A stretch of DNA of 64,000 nucleotides from Utricularia gibba (Eukaryota; Plantae; Magnoliophyta): assembly GCA_002189035.1 (NCBI GenBank), contig NEEC01000004.1, positions 1,674,001 to 1,738,000 of the forward strand, in the 5' to 3' direction. Both the position numbers and the translations under genes were made by a program. Below the pieces are notes generated by a model. That model was not told where the DNA came from and searched no databases. It saw only the letters and a list, made by a program, of their open reading frames with translations. This document shows positions 59,084 to 64,000 of this stretch, piece after piece; position 1 is the stretch's first letter; every line of letters begins with the position of its first letter.

Positions 59084-60960
59084 GTTTTTTTCTCCAAATG
59101 TGATTCCCTGTGAATGAAACTGACGTGGGTCTCAGTTTTTTTTATAGACGGAAAAAAAAACCGCTTCTTAGTTAAAGATCATGGGACCCATCCACTAATG
59201 AAATGGGTTTATTTAGCGAGATTTTGTATTAAATAAAAAGTTTTGATAAATATCTTTAGTTTGAAAAGTATTGAGTGAATATTTTTAAAAAATTAATTAT
59301 TTTTTTGATTAATTATTTAAAAGTATATATTCTTCTACTAACTTATTTTTTATTTAATATTTGTATATGCAATAAAATATTTTAACATATGAATAGTTAT
59401 AAATTAAATTATCTTTAAAATGTAGCATGAAATTCTAATATTACAATTTTCGTTTCTTATGTATAATATCTAAGTAAAGTAACATATTAACAAAACGAAT
59501 TATTTATATAAAAAATATTAAAAATTGAATTTAGAGATAAACGTATTATTAAAAAATTATATGTCCTTTTAAAAAATTCCGGATCTTTTAAAAAATGATT
59601 TTTTCAATTTTTCTTCTCTTTTGAAAACAATTAAATTAAGATTATTTTAATTGTTCGGATTGTTCTTAGATTTTCCTAATTTAATTAACATAATAAGTTC
59701 TTTTAATTCAATTTTCGTAATATAATAGAATAAGATGCACCAATGTGTTTACGTCCTATCATCATGTTTGGAACCGATTTAGAAGTATATATATTTTTTA
59801 TTAATTTATTTTCAAAACACCATTATCCTGCTTTGACTTAGCCTAGAAATTATACATTTTTTTATTCTTCCATTGTTATCTGCCGCTATTACAATTGATG
59901 TTACCTAGAAAATATATTTTTTATTATTTTTTTTTTTAGTCCATATTTCAAAAAATATTATTTTAAAACGTTTTTTGTATTAACGTGTGAGATATAAAGA
60001 ATGACCCATGCTGGTTGCTCTTCTCCTGCACCGTTAAGGGAGGAGAATTGGAGAAAGCGACATTTGTCGGTTTCTTTCTATGGGCTGCCCGCAGTGGGCC
60101 ACAACTACAGCCCACATCGCAATATAATTTGCGGTGGGTCCTTCCTCTATCAAATATTTACACAATGACCCCGAAAGTTTGGACATTTTTCATTTCGGCA
60201 CGCACACCGTATCCGTCCGCGCTCCGTGTCGGCAGACTCCCGGGAGTGCCGACGCCGGCGACGGACACAGATTCGATTAAGACACGTTTAACAGCAACGT
60301 GCAACGCCCCCTCATCATCGACGCAAATAAATGAACAACAGTGAATGAGATTTACATGAAAAATGACGTTTTATTTATAATTTTTTTGGGTAATTTTCGA
60401 TTTAAAAATAAATCACGCTATATTTTTCACAACAAAATGAATGAGCTGTAATTGTTTTTTAGATTTTTTTTGGAATTAAAGATAATAATAATAATAATAA
60501 AGTCGTGGGGATACGGGATCTTGAGGGCTTTGAAGGTCGGGCCCAGTGGTGGCGTTTTTCAGGCCTTCAGCCCACACGCAACGCAATCTAAGGAATGGAA
60601 GCAGACTTCCGGTTGATTTCTGAAACTGTAATCCACGTGAGATTCTTGCAATAAACCGCAGCACACGTAAGTCTTATGCTGTCACTGGTCTGGATTGCCC
60701 CCATTCCTCCTATCGGAGTGCGGAACCAGCTGCCGAAATTCTGCATATTTTGGTGCCTAATCGTGGCTGAGACGGCAGGAACCCGAGACCCACGTGGTTG
60801 AAGTTATCGCCATTTACTTGTGCTCTGCCAAATCTGCCAACCCTCCAATTCTCCATACCACTTCACTTGCTTCTTATTTTGTCAAATTTGACACCTTCCC
60901 CGATTCTTTCACATAACCCAGGAATCGCTGAATTGGGTTTCTCATTTTCTCCTCCCTGAT

Positions 60961-61046
60961 AGCCCTTTCAACCGTCCGTTCGCAGGGGGAGTCCCTTTCA
61001 ACCGTCCGTTCGCAGGGGGAGTCCCTTTCAACCGTTCACAGGGGAG
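60961..61046 (+). repeat. 30-bp tandem repeat, about 2.8 copies
   Basis: The unit GTCCCTTTCAACCGTCCGTTCGCAGGGGGA occurs at 60961 (first two bases differ) and 60991, with an internally shortened copy at 61021. Confidence 0.9.
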
Positions 61047-61960
61047 TTTCGATTGTTGTTTCAGGAATTGGGTATGCCCCTCTTTATATTTAACGCCCTC
61101 CACTTTCCTTGTTTTGCAGTTGCCTCATATTATTCAGTGTTAATGCGTCTTTTTATGGTTTATCCTTAACTCTTTTTGTCCCTTCTCGTTGGCTTCATTG
61201 GGTTTTAGTAGCGAGTGTGGATTCCTTTGTGAGTGTGATGTAGAAATCAAATAGGATTTTGGGCTGCATTTTGTTAAAAGTACCCAGTGTGGTTATCTGT
61301 TCTGTCGAGGACATGGAGTTGAAGGTAAGAGAAATGTACGGGAAGTGTATGAGAAAAGCTCTGATGATTACAAAAGAGTGTCCGTTGCTTCTACTAATGA
61401 TTAAAAAGGGTGAAATCTTTGATAGGAAAATAATATTCTTCTCGCTTCTCGAATACTTTATGTTTGTATTTTTCAAAAAAAGGAAATAAAGGGATAATTT
61501 GATACTCTGGACCTACTGTCAAGGATCACAGTGCTGCAGATGGCAAGTGTTTTTGTGCAACCTTTCAGATTGTTTGATGCTTATTTTGATTTCGGTAGTT
61601 CCAATGATCTAGAAGAAGAAATGGATGCAAATGGTGGCAGTTAGCAGGAGTCTGTTTTGCATTTTATTTTCTGGATTCTTGTATCCTACATTACTCAGTT
61701 GTTTGCATGCTGCTCAATGCTCTGTGTTAACTTCTGCTTTCCTTTTGCAGGGATTTCGACATCCTACAGAGATCATTGAACGCAGAATTCAGGGAAGGGG
61801 AGGAATGAGGCACTGGGATGTGAGAGGGCAACATATTTATGTATAAAGAAACTGCTTGTTGGTGTGTGTATCTCTGCATTGAAGGACTAAAAGAATAACC
61901 ATTAAAGATTACGTTTTCATACTGAAGTCATGGAGCCTTAGCTTTCACTGGGAAGGAGAA

Positions 61961-62777
61961 ATGGCTTTTCCTACTGAAGAAGAGCAGATAGAGGATTACC
62001 TTTTCAAGATTGTTCTCATTGGTGATTCGGCTGTTGGAAAATCAAATTTGCTGGCCAGATTTGCCAGAGACGAGTTTTATTCGAATTCGAAATCCACAAT
62101 AGGGGTTGAGTTTCAGACTCAGAAGATGGTAATCAACGGGAAGGAAGTCAAGGCACAAATCTGGGACACAGCCGGCCAGGAGCGGTTTCGAGCAGTTACA
62201 TCTGCATATTATCGAGGTGCAGTTGGAGCCCTTCTTGTCTATGACATTAGCAGACGCAAAACGTTTGAAAGTGTGGGAAGATGGCTGAATGAGCTTCAAA
62301 GTAAGCAATCTTTCTTCTTTCCTTTTCCTCTGCTGTGTCTGCTTTTTTTAACTCCGAGAAGTTAGCATAATACAAAGCCTGCAGTTTTGTTGTTTTTTAT
62401 CAGTTATATGGTGCATGTATCCAACTAGTTTCCCTTGAACAGCCCACTCGGACATGAACGTGGTAACAATACTGGTGGGCAACAAGACCGATCTGAAGGA
62501 TGCTCGGGAGGTGACAACAGAGGAAGGCAAGAGCTTAGCTGAAGCACAGAGTCTGTTCTTCATGGAAACCTCGGCCCTGGATTCATCCAACGTGGCTGCT
62601 GCGTTTCAAGTAGTGGTGAGAGAGATCTACGACATTCTCAGTCGAAAAGTGATCCAATCTCAAGAGCTGAAGGGTAAAGAAGCTGGATGGTTGGGGGATG
62701 GGAAAACGGTAGTTTTGCAGGCTGATGCGAATCAGGATACAGATGGAGAAAGCAGGGAAGGTAGATGCTGTTCCTGA
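61961..62777 (+). CDS. RABA5: Rab GTPase RABA5 (Rab11 family)
   Basis: [46 protein letters not shown] and a C-terminal CCS. Two exons, 61961-62300 and 62443-62777. Confidence 0.96.
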
Positions 62778-62835
62778 TATGGAGGAGGCGTGAAGAATTC
62801 AATTGCTTTTTCCCTTTGGTCGCAGTCATATGCTG

Positions 62836-62862
62836 TCTCTCTCTCTCTCTCTCTCTCTCTCT
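62836..62862 (+). repeat. (TC)n microsatellite in the RABA5 3' region
   Basis: About 13 uninterrupted TC units. Confidence 0.9.
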
Positions 62863-63297
62863 ACATTGGTTCTTCCTTCATTGTACGCCAGTTCAGGCAT
62901 TCAAACTAGCTGGAGCTCTGTGTATGTATATCAGCCCACCGTTTTCTTCCATTCCTTCCAGAGTGCAGAGCCATACGAACATGCATACATACATACATCT
63001 TGAAAGGGAGAAGACGTATTCTTGAGCTGTGAGTTGCTACTGCTACACGGAAGCAATTATTTTTCTAACTTGTTCTGATAACTCGACAAGGATTGGTATT
63101 GATGCCGGTCAAAGCGCCGCGCAGTGGTTGTCGTCTCGAAATCTCCAGCGTCCATACAACAACGACGACTTGTTCTTTTCTATCATTTCATCCACCCAAC
63201 ACCCACACACACCCGCTTGGGTGTCTGCGTGTCATCGTTTTCTCTGGTTCAGTATAAAAATACATGAATGAGCTTCGAAGTTGCAAGATCAGCGACC

Positions 63298-63900
63298 ATG
63301 GAGAATAAACACAAGTTTTTCTACCAAAGGCTTTATCCTTCCAGTGCCGCCTCTCGCCGGAGAGGAACAAACGCCACCGCGAGAAAATCCACGTCACTAT
63401 CGGCTTCTCCGGCGCTAATCCCCTCGACGATACCTCACCGGAGATCGGCCAGATTTCCGGTGGAGCAAGAACCTAGTTCCCCGAAGGTGTCCTGCACCGG
63501 CCGGGTCAAGCCCAGAAAGAAGAAAAAAACCAACAGAAATGGCAATAGCAATAAGAAGGAGCCATCGTGGTTCAGTCTGGTGTTCCGGCTACAGAAGAAG
63601 AAGAAACAGATGCCATCTCCACGCGCGCCGCCGCCGCAAGATCAGGATTTCGAGCCCCCACGACTGAGTCACTTGAAGAAATTCGCCAGCGGCCGTGATT
63701 CATTGGCCGGATTCGACTGGAGAAACGTGGAGACACACTCCCCGGAGACGCGCCCAGGAGATGGCGGAGATGCCGTCATCATTCCGTTTTCGGCCCCGGT
63801 GTCCGGAAACCGCCGAGTCGGCTCGCAATCGGAGCTCAGAAATGACATAAATTTGCAGGAAAGACGAACTATGGTCCAGCCCGAACCCCCCTCCATTTGA
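63298..63900 (+). CDS. Uncharacterised plant protein (syringolide-induced 14-1-1-like)
   Basis: Single exon with EPSSPKVSCTGRVK, LKKFASGRDSLAGFDW, IIPFSAP and INLQERRTM. TATAAAA at 63253 makes ATG 63298 more likely than 63268. Confidence 0.75.
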   Translation: MENKHKFFYQRLYPSSAASRRRGTNATARKSTSLSASPALIPSTIPHRRSARFPVEQEPSSPKVSCTGRVKPRKKKKTNRNGNSNKKEPSWFSLVFRLQKKKKQMPSPRAPPPQDQDFEPPRLSHLKKFASGRDSLAGFDWRNVETHSPETRPGDGGDAVIIPFSAPVSGNRRVGSQSELRNDINLQERRTMVQPEPPSI

Positions 63901-64000
63901 ACACGTGAGAATCATGTCACAAATTTCTCACTATTTTTAGACAAATCCTATGTTCTTCTTCATCATTCTTGAGTTGCAGTACACTCCTCTAACTCAAAAT

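Noticed and set aside
60961-61046. Repeat array as a CRISPR-like locus
   Set aside because: The units are directly adjacent with no unique spacers, the context is eukaryotic and there are no cas genes.

Overview
Gene-dense nuclear DNA from a eudicot plant: about 18 protein-coding genes in 64 kb, short spliceosomal introns and very AT-rich spacers. A small-genome asterid is a guess only. There are no prokaryotic features, CRISPR arrays, rRNA or recognisable tRNA. In order, the window holds MIR171 (-), a divergent ATG8, a small SWADQW protein, NUDT23, TDP2, an intronless 2OG-Fe(II) oxygenase, a PUX pseudogene, GIP1/DUF1296, organellar LeuRS, a DUF266 glycosyltransferase, a USP-C19-related membrane protein, an At1g12020-like protein, CYP72A, bystin (with an AT-AC U12 intron), a RhoGDI remnant, two tandem tonoplast dicarboxylate transporters, an INT4-type inositol transporter, an ARM protein, a secreted cystatin, RABA5 and an uncharacterised protein. 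Major caveat: several otherwise intact genes carry single-base frameshifts, each at a short G or C run. This looks like systematic assembly error rather than biology. I found no clearly new multi-gene system. The best leads are the candidate splice-dependent micropeptide on the MIR171 transcript, the diverged TDT pair, the intronless oxygenase beside a dead PUX gene, the iridoid-type CYP72A and a structured RABA5 leader. All family calls come from recalled motifs, not database searches.
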